From the IMG/VR virus record IMGVR_UViG_3300033121_001571: a stretch of DNA of 64,000 nt. One strand, written 5' to 3'. The notes beneath the pieces are model-generated. The model searched no databases, was not told the DNA's origin, and worked only from the letters and a program-made list of their open reading frames with translations. Positions within the stretch are counted from its first letter, which is position 1; every line of letters begins with the position of its first letter. This document shows positions 1 to 7,349 of this stretch, one piece after another. The stretch comes from a virus. Taxonomy: Duplodnaviria > Caudoviricetes. A program made the translations under genes and the position numbers.

Positions 1-126
1 AAGCCTGGTGATCGGGGAGTCGTCGAGTCTGTCGATGGCATCGGCACGGTCCACGTGAAGTGGGAGAACGGGTCGTGCTTGGGCCTCGTCGCCGACGCGG
101 GTGATCGCTGGAAGCTGGCAGAGTGA
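1..126 (+). CDS. DUF4314-like protein, 3' end only (5' truncated by window)
   Basis: Frame 1 reads KPGDRGVVESVDGIGTVHVKWENGSCLGLVADAGDRWKLAE*, matching the DUF4314 pattern G.V..VD..G.iHV.WdNGS.L.l....D. Confidence 0.75.
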   Translation, partial: KPGDRGVVESVDGIGTVHVKWENGSCLGLVADAGDRWKLAE

Positions 127-151
127 ACAGCTGGTGACAAAGAGGTAGACT
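123..151 (+). promoter_or_regulatory. early-type promoter GTGAAC-N17-TAGACT
   Basis: Member of a motif seen at 24 sites with exact 17-nt spacing. Confidence 0.7.
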
Positions 152-172
152 TGCTAAGTCAGCAAGAGGCAA

Positions 173-355
173 ATGTCTACCAAGGATTCGTACAACACAG
201 ACTACAGTGAACGAAGCACAGAGGAACTGAGACAAGAGCTCGCACGTGAGCGTACGCGCTCTTACGAGAGTTCGATGTCTGGTGACTCTGTCGACTACAC
301 CTATAGCAGAAACGCGATCTCGGAGATCGAGAGAGAGCTTGCTCGTCGTAGTTGA
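173..355 (+). CDS. hypothetical helical protein, 60 aa
   Basis: ATG with GAGG upstream, downstream of promoter. Confidence 0.7.
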   Translation: MSTKDSYNTDYSERSTEELRQELARERTRSYESSMSGDSVDYTYSRNAISEIERELARRS

Positions 356-676
356 CGATCGCTAACATAAACCCTAAAAAAAATCATCTACAACGAAGAA
401 AGGTAGATAATGCTTTTACCCGCAGCGCGGAGCGCGCCTCGCTAAGGAAAAGGAACGTACGTCACCAGCGTCACGTTAAGGGTTGGAATCAAAAAGCAAG
501 ATCGCGACGATGCTTTTTGACCGAAAGGGTCGTTAAGCGTTCAAAGTCTTGTTGATGGGTTCCCAGTTCTACTCGTTGTAGAACTGAGCTGGTCAAGAGG
601 AACCTCGCCAGAGGTGGGAGTCAGACAGTTAGTGACTCTTGGGCGGGCCAGCCGTGGTTTGCTGAAATCGTCGAAC
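351..676 (+). ncRNA. candidate large structured ncRNA (~325 nt)
   Basis: Closing helix 352-359/667-674 and internal stems 370-375/479-484, 386-391/403-408, 489-498/511-520, 564-572/578-586, 588-592/648-652, 618-623/633-638; followed by terminator. Confidence 0.45.
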
Positions 677-701
677 ACAAAAAGAAAACGATAACAACAG
701 C

Positions 702-732
702 GGCACAAGGGACTAAGTCCCTTGTGCCTTTT
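702..732 (+). terminator. rho-independent terminator
   Basis: GGCACAAGGGAC-TAA-GTCCCTTGTGCC-TTTT. Confidence 0.85.
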
Positions 733-884
733 CTGCGTCTTGCACTCTGTCAGAGCAAAGAGTCTTTAGCTTTGGAGAAAAGATTTCTCCCCCAGAGAGG
801 TGTAACAAAGTCTCTACCGGGTTATAACTGGATCACGGAATGGCACTGGGGTGAGGAAATAAGCAATGCAGCTTATCTCGCTCG

Positions 885-913
885 GTGCAAAGAAAATCTC
901 AAAAAGGTAGGAT
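885..913 (+). promoter_or_regulatory. early-type promoter GTGCAA-N17-TAGGAT (leaderless, ATG 6 nt downstream)
   Basis: Motif match; second copy at 800-828. Confidence 0.7.
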
Positions 914-919
914 TCAATC

Positions 920-1549
920 ATGGACAACACCAACTCCCCCAACGGTTCTCTCCCCCTCGTCGCCATCACCCCCGCTCGCAAGCGGATCCGCCTCACGGTC
1001 GACGAGAAGATGGCTCGTCTCCGCACGGAGGAGGAGCAGCGCGCCGCGAAGCGCAAGGCGAAGGAGGAAGCTCGCGCGGCGAGAGGCCGCGCGGCTCAGC
1101 CCGCGGCTCCGGCGCACCTCGCCAAGGTCGCCAAGGCGCAGCAGAAGCTCGCCCCTCTCTCGGACAGCGAGAAGATGCTCTTCGAGAGCGTCGTCAGCGA
1201 GCTCAACAACGTGCCCGGTCGACTCGCCCTCTTCGGAGCGTACCTGGGCATCAAGGCCCGAGCGCTCTCGACGGTCGCTTCGCGGCACCGCGACATCCGA
1301 TCCGGTGATCGGGTCCAGGTGATCGCTCCCACCTCCCGGTTCTACGGGTGCACCGGCGTGGTGACGAAGGCCGCCGAGATCCGAGCGTACGTCCGGTTCG
1401 ACGGTGCGGGCCCCGCGACGCCGGACGGGTACTTCTTCCTCGCCGATCTCGCTCACGCTCCGGAGCAGGACGCAGAGCCGGAGTTCTTCGAGGATCACAT
1501 GGAGGAGCCCGAGGTCATCGAGGGCGAGCAGGATCTCGACGGCGAGTGA
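920..1549 (+). CDS. hypothetical protein: basic coiled N-terminus, KOW/SH3-like domain, acidic tail; paralog of 7350-8015
   Basis: Strong GC3 bias; HLAKVAKAQQKLAPLS and IRSGDRVQV..FYGCTGVV..IRAYV shared with the 7350-8015 product. Confidence 0.8.
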   Translation: MDNTNSPNGSLPLVAITPARKRIRLTVDEKMARLRTEEEQRAAKRKAKEEARAARGRAAQPAAPAHLAKVAKAQQKLAPLSDSEKMLFESVVSELNNVPGRLALFGAYLGIKARALSTVASRHRDIRSGDRVQVIAPTSRFYGCTGVVTKAAEIRAYVRFDGAGPATPDGYFFLADLAHAPEQDAEPEFFEDHMEEPEVIEGEQDLDGE

Positions 1550-1566
1550 TCGCCAAGAAGTGAAGT

Positions 1567-1606
1567 GAAACCTCCGGAGCGATGTCGCTCCGGAGGTTTC
1601 CTTTTT
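1567..1606 (+). terminator. rho-independent terminator
   Basis: GAAACCTCCGGAGCGA-TG-TCGCTCCGGAGGTTTC then T-run. Confidence 0.85.
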
Positions 1607-1658
1607 CTGTGTAACGTTGTTCCGAGTGTGATAGTGTTTATTCAAGAGGTACAGTTCA

Positions 1659-1746
1659 GTTTCAGAAAAGAGTCAGAGAGACTGGTCACATGCCAGTGAC
1701 ACTTCGCTGAAGAAGTTTCCGGAACTCTCTGACTCTTTTCTGAAAC
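1659..1746 (+). repeat. 22-bp perfect inverted repeat enclosing small hairpins, in the 5' leader of 1771-2205
   Basis: GTTTCAGAAAAGAGTCAGAGAG / CTCTCTGACTCTTTTCTGAAAC; promoter at 1609-1637. Confidence 0.85.
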
Positions 1747-1770
1747 AGACACTCTGAGGAGCGCTGGCAC

Positions 1771-2205
1771 ATGATAATCATCCAACCCCAGTTCGCAGCG
1801 AGAACCGATCTCGCAAACGGAAAGTGCAACAACCCTGACTTTCTGGTGTTGCTGCTCACCTTTAACGGTGTTCTGACACACAAGCAGATACACGACAGTC
1901 TCGCCGCCTGGCGGGGCATCCCTCTCAACAAAAAGACGAAGACGTCGTATCTGACCGACCATACGTACGGTTACGTCGGTCGCGACAGATATGGCAATGC
2001 ACCCGAAGGGATCATCTTCCACGAGGGCGCACTGTTCAAACACTGGTGGTGGCGTCCTCAGCGAGGTCACTACATGCTCACGTTCAAGGGTGACGCACGA
2101 GGATCGATGTTGATCGCTTCCGTCGACAGTAAGAAGCTCAACACGCTCAAGGGTCCCATCGTACCTGCATTCGATTTCTTCAGATCAGCGCTGGTTTCGC
2201 AATGA
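1771..2205 (+). CDS. hypothetical protein (possibly winged-helix-like)
   Basis: 144-aa ORF with GAGGAG RBS. Confidence 0.7.
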   Translation: MIIIQPQFAARTDLANGKCNNPDFLVLLLTFNGVLTHKQIHDSLAAWRGIPLNKKTKTSYLTDHTYGYVGRDRYGNAPEGIIFHEGALFKHWWWRPQRGHYMLTFKGDARGSMLIASVDSKKLNTLKGPIVPAFDFFRSALVSQ

Positions 2206-2384
2206 ACAGATCTGATCCGCTCCCGCTGGGCGCGACGTGCCAACACCCTAACATGGAACAAGACGGTTGTCACTTCTTCTGTCCCGATTGTGATTTGTAT
2301 TGGGACGAGAACGAGGGTGGACCTCCTTGGTACGATTACATCTTAGACTACGATGCAGCTCCGCTGCCCAAGCCCACCGAGTGA
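2202..2384 (+). CDS. small Cys-containing protein (CxH...CPDC, possible Zn finger)
   Basis: ATGA coupling to upstream gene. Confidence 0.6.
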   Translation: MNRSDPLPLGATCQHPNMEQDGCHFFCPDCDLYWDENEGGPPWYDYILDYDAAPLPKPTE

Positions 2385-2435
2385 CTCAGGAATATTCTTT
2401 GTCACTTTGATTGTGGCAACCCAACAGACAAATCA

Positions 2436-2466
2436 AAAGCCCACGAGTGAGACACTCGTGGGCTTT
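2436..2466. terminator. bidirectional terminator hairpin
   Basis: AAAGCCCACGAGTG-AGA-CACTCGTGGGCTTT between convergent genes. Confidence 0.75.
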
Positions 2467-2642
2467 CTAGTTCGACCTTGATATTGTTTTGTCAGTTGCT
2501 TTCGAAACCAGTCTGGGGGCGCTGCGCGTTAACGCAGAGCTTCAAATGTCTTGATTCGAATGAGCGTTCTGAGACTTCGGAAAGTGCAATTCACGGGCAG
2601 CGCACGCGCGCGCGCGCGAGAAGCGCACAGCTTCACTCAGAA

Positions 2643-3323
2643 TCAAGAAAACGTCGTAGACAAGAAGGTGCTGCTCGCGTTCTTTTTGTCGAAGACTGCT
2701 TCTTGGTTCGATGCAAGAGCCTTGAACACGTCAACATATCTGTCGAAATCACTTGGCGTGATAGAGGGATCGATGTTCGCCAACGCGCGTTCTTTTTCGT
2801 GCTGACGCTCTTTTGGCAACTTGATCGCAACAAGCGCCGAAGACAGAAGCACGTTGTTTTGATCAAGCAACTGAACGTACTTCAGCGCTTGCTCGAAGTC
2901 AAACGGCAGCTTCTTAGCAAGCCCAGCTTCGATGACGCTTGAAACCAATTTGTCAATGTAAGACTTCAAGTACTTACGCTCATCGAACATAAGGTGCACG
3001 AAGTCTTTCTGATCTTCCTGGAAGAGCGCTGTCGCAGCAAGGATGTGTGGATCAAGCGCGAGTTTGCTCAATTCATTTCGTTTGTTCACAGATACGATCA
3101 TCTGTATCGGTGGATCACCCACCTGAAGATGGATCGACTTTTGAAAAAGAGTCACTCGGCGCTGGGTGGCCAAGCTCATGAGTTCGTTCAAGGAAATCGA
3201 ACCCGGAACTAGAGGGTTCGAGATCACGCCATTCTCTTCTGTGATCGCCGCAGATGCTTTGAGCATCGTCGACGGCGTGAGATGACCCTCAATCGCTACG
3301 ATCTTTCGCATTCCGTCAGACAC
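2643..3323 (-). CDS. hypothetical protein, 226 aa
   Basis: Long ORF in minus-strand operon. Confidence 0.75.
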   Translation of the reverse strand: MSDGMRKIVAIEGHLTPSTMLKASAAITEENGVISNPLVPGSISLNELMSLATQRRVTLFQKSIHLQVGDPPIQMIVSVNKRNELSKLALDPHILAATALFQEDQKDFVHLMFDERKYLKSYIDKLVSSVIEAGLAKKLPFDFEQALKYVQLLDQNNVLLSSALVAIKLPKERQHEKERALANIDPSITPSDFDRYVDVFKALASNQEAVFDKKNASSTFLSTTFS

Positions 3324-3463
3324 TTGTTGGTTCTACGTTCTGCACGCTTTCGAGCGCGCTTTGATTGTTTCTTGGTTGGACCGGGATTCAGATAGTATTG
3401 GCTTTCCCAGAAATCACTTCTCGCTGCGTTCACACTCTTGACACTCTTGTTGAGCTGCTTCAT
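3296..3463 (-). CDS. small basic protein, 55 aa (MKQLNKSVKSVNAARSDFWESQYYLNPG...), not in ORF track
   Basis: Downstream of promoter GTGCAC-N17-TAATCT (3504-3476). Confidence 0.5.
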   Translation of the reverse strand: MKQLNKSVKSVNAARSDFWESQYYLNPGPTKKQSKRARKRAERRTNKCLTECERS

Positions 3464-3521
3464 ATCTGTATGTATAGATTACTGTACCAGACCCAACTGT
3501 GCACTATCAGCACACAGTGTG

Positions 3522-3758
3522 TTATGGGATGTACAAGATCTGTTTAGAGCTAACCTCAATGTGCTCTCGAGTCCATAGTTCAAATATAATTTTTTTGACT
3601 TCTTTACGATCAAATCCCTCTGTTGCGAGTTCTGTTCGTAACTGTTCAGAAGTGTAACTCTTGTCTCTGATCTTTCTTAAGATCAGATCTTGAAGATCGT
3701 TGTCAGTACCCACACTTCTCACACGACCCGTTTTTTGACGGAATACTGATGTGAACAA
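3522..3758 (-). CDS. small winged-helix-like hypothetical protein
   Basis: LQDLILRKI..SEQLRTEL..KEVKKIIFELW..HIEV pattern. Confidence 0.5.
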   Translation of the reverse strand: MFTSVFRQKTGRVRSVGTDNDLQDLILRKIRDKSYTSEQLRTELATEGFDRKEVKKIIFELWTREHIEVSSKQILYIP

Positions 3759-4104
3759 ATCCTAGACTGTACCCGCAGTGTGGACCGTCATATGGATAGT
3801 GCCACTCCTCAACAGCCCACTCTGAGTTGACACAGATCAACCACGGTTCATTCGGACTTGTCTCCCAGATTTTTTCTTCTGTGAGATACTGCCACTCGAG
3901 CCCAACCAAGAAAGTGCGGGTACGGCTCCAGTTAAATTCAATAGAAAAGATCCTTCTCACCTGGGTCTCTTTTCCCGTGAAAAGGTTCTTCTGCGTATGG
4001 GGTTTAGACGACCAGAGGATCAACTGTTTTCTCTCACTCTGTTTCGATGTCTTCTTCTGCCATGACGTGTACGAGTCTGTCATCGAAGATATCAGAAAAA
4101 GCAT
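3703..4104 (-). CDS. hypothetical Trp-rich protein (true start likely downstream)
   Basis: ORF in operon. Confidence 0.5.
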   Translation of the reverse strand: MLFLISSMTDSYTSWQKKTSKQSERKQLILWSSKPHTQKNLFTGKETQVRRIFSIEFNWSRTRTFLVGLEWQYLTEEKIWETSPNEPWLICVNSEWAVEEWHYPYDGPHCGYSLGFVHISIPSKNGSCEKCGY

Positions 4105-4249
4105 CCCGCAACGTTTCTACGACGTATTGCTTGAACTCAGGGTCGTTCACATCTCCGTGAAACTGGACTTCAGCACTCGAGCCAGGAATGCCGACCGAAG
4201 GATCACCATCACTCCAGATCATGAACTTCATTGTCTGCTCCTTGAGCAC
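4034..4249 (-). CDS. hypothetical protein
   Basis: GDPSVGIPG motif of small phage proteins; promoter 4278-4250. Confidence 0.7.
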   Translation of the reverse strand: MLKEQTMKFMIWSDGDPSVGIPGSSAEVQFHGDVNDPEFKQYVVETLRDAFSDIFDDRLVHVMAEEDIETE

Positions 4250-4277
4250 ACTCTACTGCTTTCACAGTCTTTTTGCA

Positions 4278-4730
4278 CTAATCCTCTGCATCAGTTTCTT
4301 TAAGAACTGTGCAGGGACCAACGAGTTCGTCGACAACTGCTCGAGCTTCTTGCTCGGTGTCATACCGAGAAGCTTTCTGAAGCTCAACCTCGAAGCCATT
4401 GTAGTTAAACAACTTGTTGTCGTCAAATCTGATAACCCACTTGGGATTTCTCAAACGATTCACTTCTTGATTGCAAAGCTCGACTTCTTCGATTGGAACA
4501 TAAGATAGTCCACAGAAGCCAGAGGCAGAGTAGCCAAGCAGCTTATCGACTTGAATGAGGTCTTCGAGTGAGAACTCCCCAGCACGGTAAAGATCTACGA
4601 TACAGTTAAGATCGAATCCTTTTCGAGCTCGACCTTGTTCCATCATCCAACAGACGATCTTGTTCTCTTTGAACCGAATAACGTTACCGTCACGGTACAC
4701 AACTGGTTGTCGAGGGTGTTTATCACTCAT
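4278..4730 (-). CDS. conserved phage hypothetical protein
   Basis: HPRQPV..VIRFKENKIV...GYS motif. Confidence 0.75.
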   Translation of the reverse strand: MSDKHPRQPVVYRDGNVIRFKENKIVCWMMEQGRARKGFDLNCIVDLYRAGEFSLEDLIQVDKLLGYSASGFCGLSYVPIEEVELCNQEVNRLRNPKWVIRFDDNKLFNYNGFEVELQKASRYDTEQEARAVVDELVGPCTVLKETDAED

Positions 4731-4737
4731 GTTGAGC

Positions 4738-4935
4738 TTAACAAGCGTTTTCTGCGCACGACGTGCAGCAAGAGGGAATCTCTTGTCGATTCGAGTTTGA
4801 CTCGAGCGTGTACTCCTCGATATCCGCAGCCGTGATCACCGCGTAGCAGATCTCACACCGTGGACGCTTGTCCACGTGCTTCATGTACGGAGACTTAGCG
4901 ACGATAGCTTGCCTCAGGAGTCGTTGCTTGTCCAT
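4738..4935 (-). CDS. small Zn-finger-like protein (CxxC...CxxC)
   Basis: CEIC and CTSC; leaderless promoter 4970-4942. Confidence 0.65.
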   Translation of the reverse strand: MDKQRLLRQAIVAKSPYMKHVDKRPRCEICYAVITAADIEEYTLESNSNRQEIPSCCTSCAENAC

Positions 4936-5076
4936 AAGCAGAATCTACACCACCAGATACTAAGTTTCACTTCAAGAGTGGTGACTCGTGATTTTGGAGC
5001 CGTCCCAAGTGAGGGTGTATGGGTTGTTCTCGGGCGTTTCGCGCTGGTCGCTGCTCATAGACTAAAAGTACCACCT

Positions 5077-5463
5077 TTATCGCTTAGGTGCACTCCCAAA
5101 CTTCTTCAAGAATTCTTCGACAAATTCAGAAGAACAGTCAAGAGAGACAAAGTCATCACCTTGCATTCCTGCTTCTGAATAGCCAACAGACTTGACAAGT
5201 GCATCTGCAAAGCCCATCTTCTTGAGCTCGGCGTGAAGATCTTTCAACCAACCCTCGTCTGTGTAGATCAGATCGTGCTTGTCAACGTCCCAATCGCTGG
5301 TGTTGAAATACGCGCGGAGATCTCCAATCTTCTCCTTCGTCTTTTTATCGACGAAATATCTCATCTCGAGCGCATAGATCTCCACTGACTTCTTCTGACG
5401 CGTCCAGAAGCCGTTTCCAGTCGTTGTGGCTTTAAAAGCCACTTTCGTTTCCACGGAGGGCAT
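5077..5463 (-). CDS. conserved phage hypothetical protein
   Basis: G.GFWT, LRAYF..W, LIYTD, YSEAGMQGDDFVSLD motifs. Confidence 0.8.
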   Translation of the reverse strand: MPSVETKVAFKATTTGNGFWTRQKKSVEIYALEMRYFVDKKTKEKIGDLRAYFNTSDWDVDKHDLIYTDEGWLKDLHAELKKMGFADALVKSVGYSEAGMQGDDFVSLDCSSEFVEEFLKKFGSAPKR

Positions 5464-5469
5464 TTGTGA

Positions 5470-5817
5470 TTTCCAGTGCTTGTTTAACGTTTCCAGTCGT
5501 TGTGGCTTTTGATGTACGGCTTCTTGAGCGGCTCCGAGGGGGCGTCCTTGTAGTCGTCCAACGACTCCTGGAGGTCCGCGATGATCTCCCGCTGCTCGTC
5601 AACGTCCCCCTTCGCCGCGAGCCACATGGCCATCAGGTCGTAGACCCCCTGATCGGTGCGGGCCAGTTCGGAAGCCTGCACGATGAAGTCTTGAGCGAGC
5701 CCCGCGTTCCCCATGGCAACCATGATCGTCGCGAGGTTCATCACCTGCTCGGGGGTCGTGTGGAACGGGATCATAGGGTACCTCGGTACTTTCCTGTGCT
5801 TGTTTAACGTTTCCAGT
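5470..5817. repeat. 28-bp direct repeats (27/28 identical) flanking a GC-rich insertion
   Basis: TTTCC(A/T)GTGCTTGTTTAACGTTTCCAGT at 5470-5497 and 5790-5817. Confidence 0.9.
5484..5774 (-). CDS. captured GC-rich gene fragment, resembling the N-terminal domain of a bacterial HTH regulator/antitoxin without the HTH
   Basis: Much higher GC than flanks; bracketed by direct repeats; last codons come from phage repeat sequence. Confidence 0.6.
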   Translation of the reverse strand: MIPFHTTPEQVMNLATIMVAMGNAGLAQDFIVQASELARTDQGVYDLMAMWLAAKGDVDEQREIIADLQESLDDYKDAPSEPLKKPYIKSHNDWKR

Positions 5818-6295
5818 TCAACTGGTCTGCTTTGACGATGCTGATCTTGTTGTTCACGACACTGATAAGACCTTGATCTCTATCGCTCTCCCCTTGCCAC
5901 GCGACAGCACCGCTGAGCACTCGACCCCACGGAATAAAGAAAGCAGCGATCAGATACTCGAGCCACTCGATGTAGTCATAAAACTTTTCCGACCCATTCC
6001 AGCCCAACTCGTCTCCCTCGGGAACTGGCGCCCAATCACACCAGAGACCAGGCTGACCTACTGGAGGCTTGTTCATATCTGCGACGGTAGAGTCATCTGC
6101 GCCAGTGTAGAAACATCCCTCTTCTCCGACGGGAAGAAGAACAGCTTCTCGGACGGGATCAGAGAGAGCCGCTGTCTTCTCGGTGTGACGCTTCATTCGT
6201 CGTGAATCAGAAAACGCATTGAGATACAGAGTCTGTTCACGTGAAAGACAAGGAGTGATCTTGAACACTCCCTTGAACTCAGTCGTGTATCCCAT
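5804..6295 (-). CDS. conserved phage hypothetical protein
   Basis: MGYTTEFKG..PGLWCDW..WNGSEKFYDYIEWLEYLI..WQGE. Confidence 0.85.
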   Translation of the reverse strand: MGYTTEFKGVFKITPCLSREQTLYLNAFSDSRRMKRHTEKTAALSDPVREAVLLPVGEEGCFYTGADDSTVADMNKPPVGQPGLWCDWAPVPEGDELGWNGSEKFYDYIEWLEYLIAAFFIPWGRVLSGAVAWQGESDRDQGLISVVNNKISIVKADQLNWKR

Positions 6296-6342
6296 TTTGC
6301 TCTCCTTTTAACACAGACGTAAATTTGTTGTCTGTTCTACGG

Positions 6343-6415
6343 TGGGAGCCGTGGGGCTCGAACCCACGACCTACGGGTTAAAAGCCCGCAGCTCTACCGA
6401 CTGAGCTAGACTCCC
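6343..6415 (-). tRNA. tRNA-Lys (anticodon UUU)
   Basis: GGGAGTC/GGCTCCC-A acceptor, TAGCTCAGTCGGTAGAGC D arm, CTTTTAA loop, GGTTCGAGCCC T arm; 3' end CCG, so CCA is not fully encoded. Confidence 0.95.
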
Positions 6416-6478
6416 AGGTGCAGGATTTTGCTCTGGAGCGGAATCACAGAGCGGGCTCCTGCGGACCCAAGTCAAGCC

Positions 6479-6946
6479 TCAGTCGTCGAACTCGGGCACT
6501 TCCTGGAAGGCAGAGTCACAGAACGTTCGAACGGTTCGAAGATCGTTCTTCTGACCGGGGAAGAGCTCCCGAGCGGTATCGAAGAACATCGTTCTGATCT
6601 GCCCCTCGCGGACCCCGCCCTCCTCGGAGCGATCGAAGTACCAGTCCGCCGCGGCGATCAGATCGTCCTCGCTCCCAGCGGCCTTGATCATCGCGTCGAG
6701 CGCACTCGACACGGGTTTGTTCGAGACCGCGAGCGGGAAGAGGACCATCAGCACTCTCTTCACTGTGTCCTTCTCGGGACTGTTCTCCGAGAGAGAAGAA
6801 CAGATCTGCTCCACCATCTCGAGCGCCGCCTTGCGCGCCTCGTCCTTGTCGCCGAAAGCAGCGACGAAGTGGGTGAGCGCTCGTCGAAGGACCGATCCCT
6901 GCTTCGCCGGAACACGCCGGCGATCGTTGTTGTTGTTCTGCTTCAT
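6479..6946 (-). CDS. hypothetical helical protein
   Basis: GC3-biased ORF, GGAG RBS, promoter 7019-6991. Confidence 0.75.
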   Translation of the reverse strand: MKQNNNNDRRRVPAKQGSVLRRALTHFVAAFGDKDEARKAALEMVEQICSSLSENSPEKDTVKRVLMVLFPLAVSNKPVSSALDAMIKAAGSEDDLIAAADWYFDRSEEGGVREGQIRTMFFDTARELFPGQKNDLRTVRTFCDSAFQEVPEFDD

Positions 6947-7026
6947 GAGTTGATCTCCAAAGCGGCTATAGCCGCACTCCTTACTCTCTTAATCTAACCT
7001 TTGAGAAGCAACCGTACACTCTTGCT

Positions 7027-7142
7027 CTTTCCCTCTTTCTCCCTCAGTGACACACAGATTAATCGTTGTGCTGAGACTTAAGTAGCTATGGTCAGCCGCT
7101 CAAAAGTTTTTCTGTGTGTCACTGAGGGAGAAAGAGGGAAAG
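7027..7142. repeat. 32-bp perfect inverted repeat, 52-nt loop
   Basis: CTTTCCCTCTTTCTCCCTCAGTGACACACAGA at 7027-7058 and its reverse complement at 7111-7142. Confidence 0.9.
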
Positions 7143-7349
7143 GCCCGGGACCTTCGCGCGCGTGTACGCGCGAGAGGTTCACCGAGCCTGTTTCTTCACC
7201 AGTGCTTGAGAACGAAGTGGATGATCACACCAGCGGCGAGGATGAACACCAGGAATCCCGCGATCAACTGAGCGATCGCGATGAACTTCAGGAGTTTCAA
7301 GTTTCCTCAAAGAAGCAGAGGGCGGGAACTCCCGCCCTCTGCGACCCTT

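Noticed and set aside
352-555. 67-aa basic ORF as a confident CDS
   Set aside because: TTG start without a clear RBS and fully embedded in nested RNA stems; coding not excluded but unsupported
564-586. Cas12a-repeat-like hairpin (TTCTAC-TCGTT-GTAGA) as a solitary repeat or RNA anti-CRISPR
   Set aside because: It lacks the 5' AATT needed for the pseudoknot and the terminal GAT, is single-copy, and is explained as one helix of a larger fold
724-1645. Long overlapping ORFs 724-1308, 885-1322 and 914-1645
   Set aside because: Shadow frames of the GC3-biased gene 920-1549, which has the promoter, terminator and a paralog
6343-6415. tRNA as a prophage attachment site
   Set aside because: No integrase, no duplicated tRNA 3' end, and phage-like genes on both sides
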